From: Candidatus Latescibacterota bacterium
GTDB taxonomy: Bacteria > Latescibacterota > UBA2968 > UBA8231
Reading direction: 5' to 3'
Assembly: GCA_965200315.1 (NCBI GenBank)
Contig: OZ241362.1
Location: forward strand, 4,608,001 to 4,672,000
DNA: 64,000 nucleotides
Shown here: piece after piece, positions 1-10,335 of the stretch
Numbering within the stretch: the first letter of the stretch is position 1
Layout of the letters: the number at the start of each line of letters is the position of its first letter
The notes under the pieces: model-generated
What the model was told of the DNA's origin: nothing
Seen by the model: only the letters and a program-made list of their open reading frames with translations
Database searches by the model: none
Translations under genes and position numbers: made by a program

Positions 1-2089
1 GGCCCATCCGGTGCTAGCTGCGGCTAAGGTACGCCACGTCGGCGACCCGGTCGCCATCGTCTTGGCCGACAGCCGCGAGCAAGCCGCTGACGCGGCCGAG
101 TTGGTGGCCGTGGAGTACGAGGTTTTGGACGCGGTCGTCGCGGCAACCCAAGCGATAGAAGAGGGCGCGCCGCAGCTATTCGACGACGTGCCCAACAACA
201 CGCCTTTCGACTGGGCACTCGGCGATCAAGCGGCGACGGATGCCGCCTTGGCCAGTGCCGCGCACGTCACCACCTTGGAGTTCGATAATCAACGGCTCAT
301 CCCCAACGCGATTGAGCCGCGCTGCGCCATTGGCGATTACGACGGCGCACGCGACCACTACACGCTCTACACCTCGTCGCAGAACCCCCACGTCATTCGC
401 CTGCTGCTGACGGCGTTTGTCCTGAATCTGCCCGAGCACAAGGTGCGCGTGGTGTCGCCGGATGTGGGCGGTGGTTTTGGCTCTAAAATTTTTCACTATG
501 CCGAAGAAGTCCTCGTCACGTGGTGTTCGCGCCAGATTGGCCGCCCGGTCAAGTGGACCGCCAGCCGCAGCGAGGCTTTCCTCACCGACGCCCACGGCCG
601 CGATCACCACACCAAGGTCGAGCTCGGGCTCGACGCCGACGGCCATTTCGTCGGCCTGCGGGTCCAAACCGTCGCCAACTTAGGCGCGTACCTATCGACC
701 TTTGCACCCTGTGTGCCCACCTATCTCTACGGTACGCTCTTGCAGGGGCTGTACACGACCCCGGCGGTCCACGTCGATGTCACCGGCGTCTTCACCAACA
801 CCACGCCAGTTGACGCCCTGCGCGGTGCGGGCCGCCCCGAGGCCACGTACGTCCTCGAGCGCACTATCGAGCAGGCCGCCTTGGAGACGGGCCGCGACCC
901 AGCCGCGCTGCGGCGCCAAAACTTCATCCTGCCCTTTGACGGCGTCGAGCAGGAAGGCTATCAGACCCAAGTAGCCCTGCAATACGACAGCGGTAACTAC
1001 GGGGCCGTGCTCGAAAAAGCCCTCGCGGCTGCCGGCTACGACGAACTGCGCGCCGAGCAGGCCGAGGCCCGCGCCGCCGGCAACGGCCGCTATGTAGGCA
1101 TTGGCTTTTCGACGTACATCGAAGCCTGCGGCATTGCGCCCTCGGCTGTGGTTGGCGCATTGGGTGCGCGCGCTGGTCTGTTTGAGAGCGCGGGTGTCCG
1201 CGTCCAGCCCACCGGCAAGGTAACGGTCTTCACCGGCAGCCACTCGCACGGGCAGGGCCACGAGACGACGTTTGCCCAGGTGGTGGCCGACGGGTTGGGC
1301 GTGGCCATAGAAGATGTGGACATCATCCACGGCGACACCGAGTCCGTGCCCTTTGGCATGGGCACCTACGGCTCGCGCTCGCTGGCCGTGGGCGGCACAG
1401 CCATCGTCAAGAGCATGGACAAGATCAAGGAGAAGGGGGCCAAAATTGCGGCCCACTTGCTCGAAGCCGCCGAGGAGGACCTCGAATTCGCCGAGGGCAA
1501 TTGGACAGTCAAGGGCACCGACCAGTCGATCTCCTTTGGCGAGGTCTCGCTGGCCGCGTACGTGCCGCACAATTTTCCCGAGGGGCTGGAGCCGGGGCTG
1601 GAGTTTACCAGCTTCTACGACCCGGCCAATTTTACCTTTCCCTTCGGTGCCCACATAGCGGTCGTGGAGGTAGATGCCGAGACCGGCGTAGTCGCGGTGC
1701 GGCGCTACGTCGCCGTCGACGACGTGGGCAATATCGTCAATCCCATGATCGTCGAAGGCCAAGTCCACGGCGGCATTACGCACGGCATTGGCCAAGCCCT
1801 GTTTGAGGAGGCTGTGTACGACGACAGCGGCCAGCTCATTTCTGGCTCGTATATGGACTACGTCCTGCCGCGCGCCGACGACCTGCCTTCCTTTGAAACC
1901 GACCACACTGTCACGCCCTGCCCGCACAATCCCCTCGGCGTCAAGGGTGCTGGCGAGACCGGCACGATTGGCTCGACGCCAGCTATTGTCAACGCCGTGC
2001 TCGACGCCCTGTGGCCTGTGGGCGTGCGCGACCTGACGATGCCGCTGACGCCGCAGAAGGTGTGGCAGGCCATCCAGCAAGTTAGCTAA
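1..2089 (+). CDS. Xanthine dehydrogenase-family molybdopterin-binding large subunit (form II CoxL-like), 5'-truncated by window edge
   Basis: VRHVGDPVA, DVGGGFGSK, active-site loop ALRGAGRPEA (form II AYRGAGR type, not form I AYRCSFR), SHGQGHET, GQVHGG, KGAGE; followed by the FAD subunit. Confidence 0.9.
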   Translation, partial: AHPVLAAAKVRHVGDPVAIVLADSREQAADAAELVAVEYEVLDAVVAATQAIEEGAPQLFDDVPNNTPFDWALGDQAATDAALASAAHVTTLEFDNQRLIPNAIEPRCAIGDYDGARDHYTLYTSSQNPHVIRLLLTAFVLNLPEHKVRVVSPDVGGGFGSKIFHYAEEVLVTWCSRQIGRPVKWTASRSEAFLTDAHGRDHHTKVELGLDADGHFVGLRVQTVANLGAYLSTFAPCVPTYLYGTLLQGLYTTPAVHVDVTGVFTNTTPVDALRGAGRPEATYVLERTIEQAALETGRDPAALRRQNFILPFDGVEQEGYQTQVALQYDSGNYGAVLEKALAAAGYDELRAEQAEARAAGNGRYVGIGFSTYIEACGIAPSAVVGALGARAGLFESAGVRVQPTGKVTVFTGSHSHGQGHETTFAQVVADGLGVAIEDVDIIHGDTESVPFGMGTYGSRSLAVGGTAIVKSMDKIKEKGAKIAAHLLEAAEEDLEFAEGNWTVKGTDQSISFGEVSLAAYVPHNFPEGLEPGLEFTSFYDPANFTFPFGAHIAVVEVDAETGVVAVRRYVAVDDVGNIVNPMIVEGQVHGGITHGIGQALFEEAVYDDSGQLISGSYMDYVLPRADDLPSFETDHTVTPCPHNPLGVKGAGETGTIGSTPAIVNAVLDALWPVGVRDLTMPLTPQKVWQAIQQVS

Positions 2090-2102
2090 GGAGAAGACGA
2101 CC

Positions 2103-2918
2103 ATGATACCTGTCGCGTTTGACTATCATCGTCCCTCTTCAGTAGATGAGGCGATTGAGCTCCTCGCGGACGACGCCAAGCTCTTAGCTGGCGGCCACAG
2201 CCTGTTGCCGGCCATGAAGCTGCGCCTGTCGGAACCGGGTGCGCTGATCGACATTGGTCGGATCGCCGAGCTCAACTACATCAGAGAGGATGGCGGCACC
2301 AGCGCTATTGGTGCGACCACTACCCACCACCAGATCGAGTCCTCGGATTTGGTCGGTGCCAACGCCTCGGCCTTGGCCCAAGCTGCCTCAGTCATCGGCG
2401 ATCCCCAAGTGCGCAACAAGGGCACCATTGGCGGCTCGCTGGCCCACGCCGATCCGGCGGCCGACTACCCGGCCGCGATTTTGGCGCTGGGGGCTGAGAT
2501 CGTCGTCAGGGGACCCGACGGCGGGCGTTCGATCCCGGCTGACGAGTTTTTCGTCGATCTATTTTTGACCGCGCTCGCGCCGGACGAGATCATCACCGAG
2601 GTGCGCGTTCCGGCTGCTGATAGGTCGGCGTATGTCAAGTTTCCGCATCCGGCCTCGCGCTTTGCCGTGGTGGGCTGCGCTGCTGCCTCGGCCGGAGGTG
2701 CAGTCAAGGTCGCCTTTACGGGCGTGGCCAATGCGGCCTTCCGCGATAGTGGAGTTGAAGAAGCCCTCAGCGGCGGTTTGAGCGAGGAGTCCATCGCCGC
2801 TGCCGCTGCGCGGGCGACCGATGGACAGGAGGTGCTCGCCGACCACTTTGCTGGCGAAGAGTACCGCCGCCACTTGGCCAAGGTCTTCGCCCGCAAGGCA
2901 CTTGCGGCCATCGCCTGA
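2103..2918 (+). CDS. Xanthine dehydrogenase-family FAD-binding medium subunit (CoxM-like)
   Basis: AGGHSLLP, IGDPQVRNKGTIGGSLAHADPAAD; AGGAG RBS upstream. Confidence 0.92.
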   Translation: MIPVAFDYHRPSSVDEAIELLADDAKLLAGGHSLLPAMKLRLSEPGALIDIGRIAELNYIREDGGTSAIGATTTHHQIESSDLVGANASALAQAASVIGDPQVRNKGTIGGSLAHADPAADYPAAILALGAEIVVRGPDGGRSIPADEFFVDLFLTALAPDEIITEVRVPAADRSAYVKFPHPASRFAVVGCAAASAGGAVKVAFTGVANAAFRDSGVEEALSGGLSEESIAAAAARATDGQEVLADHFAGEEYRRHLAKVFARKALAAIA

Positions 2919-2938
2919 GTGCCGTCGCATTTAACAGT

Positions 2939-2975
2939 AATAGCCCCCGGTGCTCAACCTGCATCGGGGGCTATT
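2939..2975 (+). terminator. Intrinsic terminator-like hairpin after the coxM-like gene
   Basis: AATAGCCCCCGGTGC-tcaacct-GCATCGGGGGCTATT, 15-bp stem with one G-U pair, 20 nt after the stop; short T tail. Confidence 0.75.
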
Positions 2976-3058
2976 TCTAGGTAGTGAGTCGCTCAGCAAC
3001 GACTAGATTTCAAAGGAGCCCACTACCGGCATTATTTGTCTTAGAGCCTATACGAAAA

Positions 3059-3822
3059 TCACGTCAACCGTCCGACGATACGAAAAATGATAAGCACCGA
3101 CTCTCCCTTTGTATATGGGGGATGCGACCCATACCCCGCCGGCTTTAGTAGGCTATAGAAGCCCTCAAGGGTATGGGTGTGTAAAATCGGGTCATCTGAA
3201 TCAAGGTATCCCTCACCGGGATGGACGACCCGATGGGGCATCATGGGATAGGCTTTGTAGGCATCGGTGATTAGTGTGAATTCCTCCCCCTCAACAGGCT
3301 GCTCAATAAAGCCCAAGACGGTCGCGCCTTTGGTATCGTCGGTTACATCAGCCCTAATTTTTCACCTGCTCGCTGACCTACTCCAACCACCCGATCCGCG
3401 CCCACGCTTGTTGTTCTTATTCTGGTAGTGCGGCTTGCCACTAGGGTAGGTTTCATCGGCTTTGAGGATGCCTTGCAATAGTTCGGCATCCGCTGCGGCC
3501 TTGGCCGCACGAAGGCGCTGCATATACCACGCCGTCTGTTGAGTCAATTCTAAGGTCACGAGCCAGTTGATAACTCGACAAACTCTTTTTAGCATTAGCC
3601 ATCAACCCTAGTGCCAGAAACCACTTCTGCAAAGGAACCCGGGTCCCTTGAAAGGACGTTAAAACTCGATGTGCAATGATGGCAATTCCAGCGGCCTACC
3701 TTCTGACCTTCGGCCTTGCGGGCTACTCGGTCGCTTTGACACAAGGGACAAAGGGCTTGCGTCGGCCAACGGATAGCCTCCAACGAGCGATGCAAGAGGC
3801 TTGATCCGGGAATTGAGTAACC
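3059..3822 (-). pseudogene. IS1595 (ISXO2-like) transposase remnant, multiply frameshifted
   Basis: Fragments in several frames: FPDQASCIA/LEAIRWP...CPLC...WNCHHC (zinc ribbon), ADETY...KRGRG, LITDAYKAY, HTHTLEGFYSLLK. Confidence 0.85.
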
Positions 3823-3982
3823 CAGCCGCCGCCCCGGGCGAATCGTTGACTTGTTGCGGGTGGATGCCAAGTGCTTAGCCCGAAGGAATTCCTGTAGATG
3901 TACTTTTCGCCTCCAGCGGCATGAGGCGCGTGGAATTGAACGAAGAAAGACGCAGATCAAACGATTCGTTGGAGTACTCCCC

Positions 3983-5197
3983 ATGCCCGCACTCGACGGC
4001 ATCCGCGTCCTCGACTTTACCCAAGTGATTTTCGGCCCAGCCGCCACCCAAGTTTTGGCCGATCACGGTGCCGAAGTCATCAAGATAGAGCGACCAGGCG
4101 GCGACCTAGCCCGCGCCTTTGGGCCGTGGGTAAAGGAGCAAAGCCTGCCTTTTGCCAGCTTCAACCGCTCCAAGAAAAGCCTAATCGTCGATCTCAAGAA
4201 GTCCGCTGGGCGTCAGATCGTCCAGCGCCTGCTAAAAAACGCGGACGTGCTGGTACACAACTTTCGCTCCGGTGCCGTCATGGCCAAACTGGGGCTGGAT
4301 TACGCGGCGCTGCGGGAGCCATATCCTCGGCTCATCTACGCCGTTGGCTCGGGCTATGGCTCGCAAGGCCCGTACAGCGAGCGCAACAAGGGCGGCCACG
4401 AGTCCATGGCCCAAGCGCTGAGCGGCGTGGCGGCGCGCTTCGTCGGCCCCCACGGTACGCCCCAGCGCCTGCCCTATACGGTCGCCGACTTCAACGGCGG
4501 CATGTTGCTGGCGCAGGGCATTCTCCTCGCGCTGTTGGCCCGCGAGCGCACCGGCACCGGGCAATACGTGGAAACCTCGCTTCTCGACGGCATGATGAGT
4601 ATGCAGGCTTGGGCGACGACCAAAATTCTCAACTTGGGCGACGACGGGGAAGACGATGGCTCGGGCGGGGCGACGCATCCGCGCGGCAACCCGCTCGACG
4701 GAGCCGTGTTCAAGACGGCCGATGGCTTCTTGATGGTCACCGCGCTTTTCCGTCCCTTTGACCAACTATTGAGCGATTTGCAGGAAGCCCTAGCGATTGA
4801 AGGGCTGGTCGGGGATCCGCGCTTTGCCACGCTCGCCGCGGCCGTAGATAACCGCGAGGCCCTGCGAGAACGGATCGCGCCGATCTTCGCAGAGAAAACG
4901 AATGCCGAGTGGATTCCACTGCTAGAGGCCAAGGACATCCTCGTCGCACCGGTGCGCTCGACAGCCGCGGCTCTAGCAGACCCGCAGCTCGCAGTCAACG
5001 AGCTGCTCGTCGAAGTCCAACATCCGCAGGTGGGTGCCATGCGCCACGTCGGCACGCCCCTGCGACTAGCCGGGACGCCAGCTCCAACACCGGCACCCGC
5101 CCCCCTAGCCGGGGAACACACCGAGGCTGTGCTGCGCGAGGCTGGGTACGCGGACGACGAGATCGCCGCGTTGCGCGCACAGGACGTCATTCTCTGA
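3983..5197 (+). CDS. CaiB/BaiF family class III CoA-transferase
   Basis: LDGIRVLDFTQ, GAEVIKIE, NRSKKS, NFR, catalytic Asp in TVADF; start moved to ATG 3983 (GGAG RBS). Confidence 0.92.
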   Translation: MPALDGIRVLDFTQVIFGPAATQVLADHGAEVIKIERPGGDLARAFGPWVKEQSLPFASFNRSKKSLIVDLKKSAGRQIVQRLLKNADVLVHNFRSGAVMAKLGLDYAALREPYPRLIYAVGSGYGSQGPYSERNKGGHESMAQALSGVAARFVGPHGTPQRLPYTVADFNGGMLLAQGILLALLARERTGTGQYVETSLLDGMMSMQAWATTKILNLGDDGEDDGSGGATHPRGNPLDGAVFKTADGFLMVTALFRPFDQLLSDLQEALAIEGLVGDPRFATLAAAVDNREALRERIAPIFAEKTNAEWIPLLEAKDILVAPVRSTAAALADPQLAVNELLVEVQHPQVGAMRHVGTPLRLAGTPAPTPAPAPLAGEHTEAVLREAGYADDEIAALRAQDVIL

Positions 5198-5213
5198 TTG
5201 TACAGGAGTCCTC

Positions 5214-6197
5214 ATGCCTGATATTGTGCGCTATGGAGTTTTGAGTACCGCCCAGATCGCCCTCAACCGTCACCTGCCGGCCGCGCAGGCCATAGGCACT
5301 GCCGAGATCGCGGCCATATCGAGTAGGGACCAAGCCAAGGCCGAAGCAAGTGCGGCCCAATACGGCATTGCCAAGGCGTATGGCTCGTACCAAGCCGTGT
5401 TGGACGATCCCGACATCGACGCGATCATCAACCCCTTGCCCAATAGCATGCACTGCGAGTGGACGGTCAAGGCGGCACAGGCGGGTAAGCACATCCTCTG
5501 CGAAAAGCCGCTCGCCGTGACCGTGGCACAGGCGCGGCAGATGATCGACGCAGCCCGAGCCAACGGGGTGCTCTTAGTCGAGGCCTTCACCCACCGCCTC
5601 AACCCGCAATTGCAGTGCGCCCGCCGACTGGTGCAGCAAGGAGAGATCGGCGAAGTGAAATTAGCGCGGGCCGAGCTGACCTTCGGCATCCGCGATTGGG
5701 CCACTGACGTCCGGGCCAATCGCGAATTGGGCGGGGGTGCCCTCTTGGACGCCGGGTGCTACTGCGTCAGTGCCGTGCGCTTTGTGCTCAATGCCGAGCC
5801 GGTGGTCGCGCAGGCTTTTCAGCACGTGCGCAGCGGCGTGGATGCGACCTTGGCCGGGCTATTGCGCTTCCTTGGCGACCACGTCGCCTATATCGCGGCT
5901 GGCATGGAAGAACCGTTCCGCTGCGTGTTGGAGGTCGTCGGTAGCCACGGCGCGATCCGCGTACCCAACATGTTTGACGAGCAGGCCGCGGTCCATATCG
6001 CCATCGGCAACGACGAGCGCGTAGAGCCCTTCTCCGGGCCGGATCGCTTTCAGGTGCAGCTAGAGCGCTTCTCTAGCTGCATTCTCCAAGGCAGAGCTCC
6101 CGAATTCCCCCCCGCAGACGGCCTCAAGAACGTGGCCGCGCTACAGGCGTTGAAGCAGGCCGCCGAATCCGGGAGCCTAGTCGAAGTTCCGTCTTGA
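5214..6197 (+). CDS. Gfo/Idh/MocA family oxidoreductase
   Basis: PLPNSMH, GKHILCEKP, GGGALLDAGCY. Confidence 0.92.
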   Translation: MPDIVRYGVLSTAQIALNRHLPAAQAIGTAEIAAISSRDQAKAEASAAQYGIAKAYGSYQAVLDDPDIDAIINPLPNSMHCEWTVKAAQAGKHILCEKPLAVTVAQARQMIDAARANGVLLVEAFTHRLNPQLQCARRLVQQGEIGEVKLARAELTFGIRDWATDVRANRELGGGALLDAGCYCVSAVRFVLNAEPVVAQAFQHVRSGVDATLAGLLRFLGDHVAYIAAGMEEPFRCVLEVVGSHGAIRVPNMFDEQAAVHIAIGNDERVEPFSGPDRFQVQLERFSSCILQGRAPEFPPADGLKNVAALQALKQAAESGSLVEVPS

Positions 6198-6200
6198 GCC

Positions 6201-6995
6201 ATGGCCGACTACGAGTTCATCTGCTATGAACAGCGCGACCACGTCGCCAAGGTCACCCTCAACCGCCCCGAGGTTCTCAACGCCATACACCCGCCCATGG
6301 CCGAAGAACTGGCCGACGCCTGGGAGCGGATCCGCGACGATGACAGCGTCTGGGGCGGGGTTTTGACCGGCAGCGGCGCACGGGCGTTCTGCGCTGGCGC
6401 AGACCTGAAGTGGCGAGCTGAAGCAGGTGAGGAAGCGCGCAGCCACAACCGCGCCGAGGCCAGTGGGGCCGCGCGGGGTTTCCAGCGGGGCCGCGACTGC
6501 TATAAGCCGCTGTTGGCCGTGGTCAATGGCTATGCAGTGGGCGGCGGGTTGGAGCTGGTCTTAGGGTGCGATTTGGTGGTGGCGGCCGCACACGCGCAAT
6601 TGGGGTTGCCCGAGGCGCGGCGCGGGTTGCTGGCCGACGCCGGGGGCATCCACAAGCTGGTTCGGCGGCTGCCGTGGAGCGCTGCCATGCAACTCATCCT
6701 GACTGGAGAACTCATCTCGGCGGAGGAAGCGCGGCGGATTGGGTTGGTCAACCAAGTGGTGCCAGCCGAGGGCCTGCAAGCGGCCGCAGAGCAGTGGGTG
6801 GAGGCGATTTTGGCGTGTGCGCCGCTGGCCTTGCAGGCGGGGAAAGAGGCGGCTATGCGGGGGTTGGAACTGCCTTTGTGGGAGGCGGTCAATACGCGCT
6901 TTCCGCTGGCCGAGCGCATGTATGAGTCAGAGGACTTTATCGAAGGACCAAAGGCATTCGCCGAGAAGCGGAAGCCGGTGTGGAAGGGAAAGTAG
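6201..6995 (+). CDS. Enoyl-CoA hydratase/isomerase (crotonase family)
   Basis: LNRPEVLNA, AFCAGADL, NGYAVGGGLE, GLPE, EGPKAFAEKRKPVW. Confidence 0.92.
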   Translation: MADYEFICYEQRDHVAKVTLNRPEVLNAIHPPMAEELADAWERIRDDDSVWGGVLTGSGARAFCAGADLKWRAEAGEEARSHNRAEASGAARGFQRGRDCYKPLLAVVNGYAVGGGLELVLGCDLVVAAAHAQLGLPEARRGLLADAGGIHKLVRRLPWSAAMQLILTGELISAEEARRIGLVNQVVPAEGLQAAAEQWVEAILACAPLALQAGKEAAMRGLELPLWEAVNTRFPLAERMYESEDFIEGPKAFAEKRKPVWKGK

Positions 6996-7036
6996 GAAAG
7001 GATCCGCGCAAACTTCAACGACGAGAAAGCACTGCT

Positions 7037-7918
7037 ATGGAAAAATTTGCTCCCTTGAACATGTCGCCAGAAGAGCTAATCGAGTACACCCCGGAGTGGG
7101 CGGGCGAGCGCTTTGCCGACGGCCGCCCCAAGGTGCCCGACGACATCCTCGACCGCATGCACAACGTCAGCATTACCCAAGCCTGGGGAGTCATACGCGG
7201 CCCCGGCTACAACTGGCAGTACGAAGACGGCTGGATTTGTACGCATCCCGGCCAAGTGCTGGTGGGCCGCGCCCTGACGGCTATGTACATGCCGCGGCGA
7301 CCCGTCATGCGTCAGGTCATGGAAGAAAAAGGGGAGCGGGCCGGCTGCATTGGCGACCAGATCTCGTGGCCCATTGATATGCTGGTGCCCGGAGACGTGT
7401 ATGTGGCCGACGTATTCGGCAAAATCGACCAAGGCGCGGTCATTGGCGACAACCTCGCCACCGCCATCTACGCCAATTCGGGCAACGGGGTGGTACACGA
7501 CGCGGCCGTCCGCGATATCGACGGCATCCAAGAACTGCCCAATTTCACCAGTTTCGTGCGCGGCTTTCACCCCACCTTTGCCTCCCCCACCATCATGCTG
7601 GCCGGGGTCAACTGTCCGGTGCGCATCGGCGGTGCCACGGTCATGCCCGGCGACGTAGTTCTCGGCCGCGACGATGGCGTCGTCTTCATACCGCCTCATC
7701 TAGCCGAACAGGTGGTCAAAACCTCCGAGCTAATCGCGCTCCGCGACCGCTTTGGCAAACAGCGTCTAGCCGAGGGCAAATACACGCCCGGCCAGATCGA
7801 CACCCGCTGGTCCGATCCCATTGAAGAGGACTTTTCGCGCTGGCTAGAGAGCCATATCGACGAGCTGCCCGTGCCGCGCGCCGCCATCCAAGAGCTGCTC
7901 AAGGAGCGGACTTGGTGA
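7037..7918 (+). CDS. RraA-like / HMG-aldolase family protein
   Basis: ERFADGRPKVPDD, IGDNLA, VRDIDGI, VMPGDVVLG; start ATG 7037. Confidence 0.8.
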   Translation: MEKFAPLNMSPEELIEYTPEWAGERFADGRPKVPDDILDRMHNVSITQAWGVIRGPGYNWQYEDGWICTHPGQVLVGRALTAMYMPRRPVMRQVMEEKGERAGCIGDQISWPIDMLVPGDVYVADVFGKIDQGAVIGDNLATAIYANSGNGVVHDAAVRDIDGIQELPNFTSFVRGFHPTFASPTIMLAGVNCPVRIGGATVMPGDVVLGRDDGVVFIPPHLAEQVVKTSELIALRDRFGKQRLAEGKYTPGQIDTRWSDPIEEDFSRWLESHIDELPVPRAAIQELLKERTW

Positions 7919-8675
7919 GCTCGGGCGGCGGCTCGGCTAATTTACCTGCCTTGAGAAAAGGCTCGGCATTCCCCCAGAGCTTGCTTCCGTCGGCCGAGGT
8001 CAGCGGCTCGCAGGAGTACTGGGCCAAATACACGCGGCGCATCTGGTCGGTGGTGTTGGTGCCGCTGGAGTGGAAGTTGTAGCTGGTGAAAACGGCAATG
8101 CTGCCAGCCGGAGCGACGACCGAAACGCCGGGGTCGCTGCCGAAATAGCCGATCAAATCGTTGCTCCCCTCCTCGCGGACGTGCTTGACCCACGTGCGAA
8201 TACCCGAGCGCGAAAAAGGCAGCAAGTGGACGGTACCATTGGCCTCGGACATGTCGTCGAGGGCGCACCAACAGGTTAGATACGGCTTGTGATCCGGGTA
8301 GCCGACATAGCCCGAGTCTTGGTGCCAAGAGAACTTCATGCCGGCCTCGGCACCTTTGACCACGTATTGCTCCCAGAACAAGTAGGCGTCGTCGCCTAAG
8401 GTGGCTTGGCAGATTGCGGCCATTAGGGGGCTGAAGAGGAACTCGCGCAGGCGCGGCTGCGCGCGGAAACAGTTGGAGACAAAGTAGCGGCTGTTGCGGT
8501 GATTGAGGCCCAAGGTATCCGTGCCCTCGGCGTCCATCCGGGCGTTGGCTTTGTCGATGAAGGCTTGGCATTCACCGCGCAGGAGGTCGAGATGATGGGC
8601 GGGGATGGCGTTTTCGAGGATGAAGTAGCCTTCTTCTTTGAATTGCTGCTTTTGGGCGTCGGTGATCTGGTGCAT
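7899..8675 (-). CDS. Phytanoyl-CoA dioxygenase (PhyH) family Fe(II)/2OG dioxygenase
   Basis: WHQD, WCALDD...NG, HSSGTN...RR; start ATG 8675. Confidence 0.9.
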   Translation of the reverse strand: MHQITDAQKQQFKEEGYFILENAIPAHHLDLLRGECQAFIDKANARMDAEGTDTLGLNHRNSRYFVSNCFRAQPRLREFLFSPLMAAICQATLGDDAYLFWEQYVVKGAEAGMKFSWHQDSGYVGYPDHKPYLTCWCALDDMSEANGTVHLLPFSRSGIRTWVKHVREEGSNDLIGYFGSDPGVSVVAPAGSIAVFTSYNFHSSGTNTTDQMRRVYLAQYSCEPLTSADGSKLWGNAEPFLKAGKLAEPPPELTKSAP

Positions 8676-8834
8676 GAATTGCTCCCGGTTGATTGCAATT
8701 TGATGTAAGCTGAGGCGATATACTGATAGGCAGAACCCACGAGGCGTGCAAGCCTTGTAAGCACAACCGCGCAATAGGAAATAACATGCTCGCCGAACTG
8801 CACAACGGGCCAAGCGAACGCTGGTGCATCTGAA

Positions 8835-9467
8835 ATGGAAACCCCTGCAATACTCCAAACGCTCGAACTCACCTCTTGGTGGGAGGTGCCGGCCGTCGTC
8901 TTGGCCATTCTCTACTTGGTATTGGCGGCGCGGGAAAATATCTGGTGTTGGGGAGCGGCTTTTGTCAGCACTGCTCTGTATATCTACGTCTTCTTCGATG
9001 TCAACCTGTTCCTAGAGTCGGCCCTACAGATCTACTACTTGGCCATGGCGGTTTATGGCTGGTCCCAATGGCGACAGCCCACCGATCAATCCGCAACGCT
9101 GCCCATCTCTACTTGGCCGCTCAAAAAGCACGTTGAGGTCATTGCTGCGACGGGGGCCATTGTGGTGACGTCCGGGTACCTTTTGCGCGAAAACACAGAG
9201 GCGGCATTACCTTATGTCGATGCCTTCACCACTTGGTATGCGGTGGTGACGACCTATATGGTGACAAGGAAAATTTTGGAGAACTGGGCGTACTGGTTTG
9301 TCATCGACAGCGTCTCGGTTTACCTCTTCTACAGCCGCGGGCTTTACCTGACCGCTTTGTTGTTTATCGCGTATCTGGTTATCATCGTCTTTGGCTATGT
9401 GAAATGGAAAAAGGAGTACGACCAACAAATGTCTAAACCAGCCCGTGAAGAAGAATTGAGCACGTGA
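8835..9467 (+). CDS. pnuC: Pnu-family vitamin transporter (PnuC, nicotinamide riboside type)
   Basis: Multi-TM; ENIWCW, YGWSQW, PYVDAFTT, KILENWAYWFVID. Confidence 0.88.
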   Translation: METPAILQTLELTSWWEVPAVVLAILYLVLAARENIWCWGAAFVSTALYIYVFFDVNLFLESALQIYYLAMAVYGWSQWRQPTDQSATLPISTWPLKKHVEVIAATGAIVVTSGYLLRENTEAALPYVDAFTTWYAVVTTYMVTRKILENWAYWFVIDSVSVYLFYSRGLYLTALLFIAYLVIIVFGYVKWKKEYDQQMSKPAREEELST

Positions 9468-9471
9468 ACCC

Positions 9472-10329
9472 ATGAAGCGAGCAGAGACATGCGGACCGGT
9501 CGCTATCCAAGGGTACGCCGGGTCGTTCAGCGAAGCAGCGGCGCGGGCCTATTTTTCTCCAGAGACGCAACTGGCACCACAACCCGATTTCAAGATGCTT
9601 TTCGCCGCGGTAGAAGACGGGTCTTGTGCTTGCGGGGTCGTGCCCATCGAAAACTCGCTGATGGGCAGCATTCACGAGAACTACGACCTGCTGCTACAGA
9701 GCAATGTACACATCGTCGGCGAAATCAAGCTGCGCATCGTCCACAACCTCATCGTCAACCGAGGCGTCCGGCTAGCGGACATCCGCTACGTTGCGTCGCA
9801 GCCGCCCGCCTTGGCCCAATGCACTCGCTTCATCCGCTCGCTGGCCGGCGCTCAGACGATAGCGGCGGATGATACGGCTGGAGCGGTCAAAGAACTGGCC
9901 GCTAGCGGCGCACGCGACCGAGGAGCTATAGCCGGCGCACGCGCGGCCGCCGCGTACGGGCTGGAGGTCCTCGTCTCCGGCATCGAGGACGCCACCCACA
10001 ATTTTACCCGCTTCTTGATGGTAAGTCGCTGCGCTGCGCCAGCACCGACCGAGCTAGCTAAAGCCACGCTCGTCTTTGGGTTGAAGCACGTGCCCGGTGC
10101 GCTGTGCCGGAGCCTCGCGGCCTTTGCCGAGCGCGGCATCAACCTGCTCAAAATCGAATCGCGGCCCATGACCGAGCGGCCTTGGGAATACGTCTTCTAT
10201 CTCGATTTGGCGGGCCACTTGGGGCAGGTGGCTTGTGCCCAAGCCTTAGAACAACTTCAGGAGACCACCGAATTCGTCCGCGTCTTGGGCTCGTACCGGC
10301 AGGGCGATACGGTCGAGGACCCAAGGTAA
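9472..10329 (+). CDS. pheA: Prephenate dehydratase with ACT domain
   Basis: QGYAGSFSE, VPIENS, NFTRF, NLLKIESRP, WEYVFYLD, LGSY. Confidence 0.93.
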   Translation: MKRAETCGPVAIQGYAGSFSEAAARAYFSPETQLAPQPDFKMLFAAVEDGSCACGVVPIENSLMGSIHENYDLLLQSNVHIVGEIKLRIVHNLIVNRGVRLADIRYVASQPPALAQCTRFIRSLAGAQTIAADDTAGAVKELAASGARDRGAIAGARAAAAYGLEVLVSGIEDATHNFTRFLMVSRCAAPAPTELAKATLVFGLKHVPGALCRSLAAFAERGINLLKIESRPMTERPWEYVFYLDLAGHLGQVACAQALEQLQETTEFVRVLGSYRQGDTVEDPR

Positions 10330-10335
10330 TCCCGC

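Noticed and set aside
1-2089. Aerobic CO dehydrogenase (form I)
   Set aside because: Lacks the AYRCSFR Cys motif and no accessory cox genes follow
692-2104. 470-aa minus-strand ORF and many similar long antisense ORFs (e.g. 12862-13791, 62865-63656)
   Set aside because: Shadow frames of motif-supported genes in high-GC DNA; no recognisable motifs
8676-8834. TPP, FMN or NAD riboswitch upstream of pnuC
   Set aside because: GCTGAG..ACCC is present but the CTGAT..AATGC..GCG..GGA core is missing
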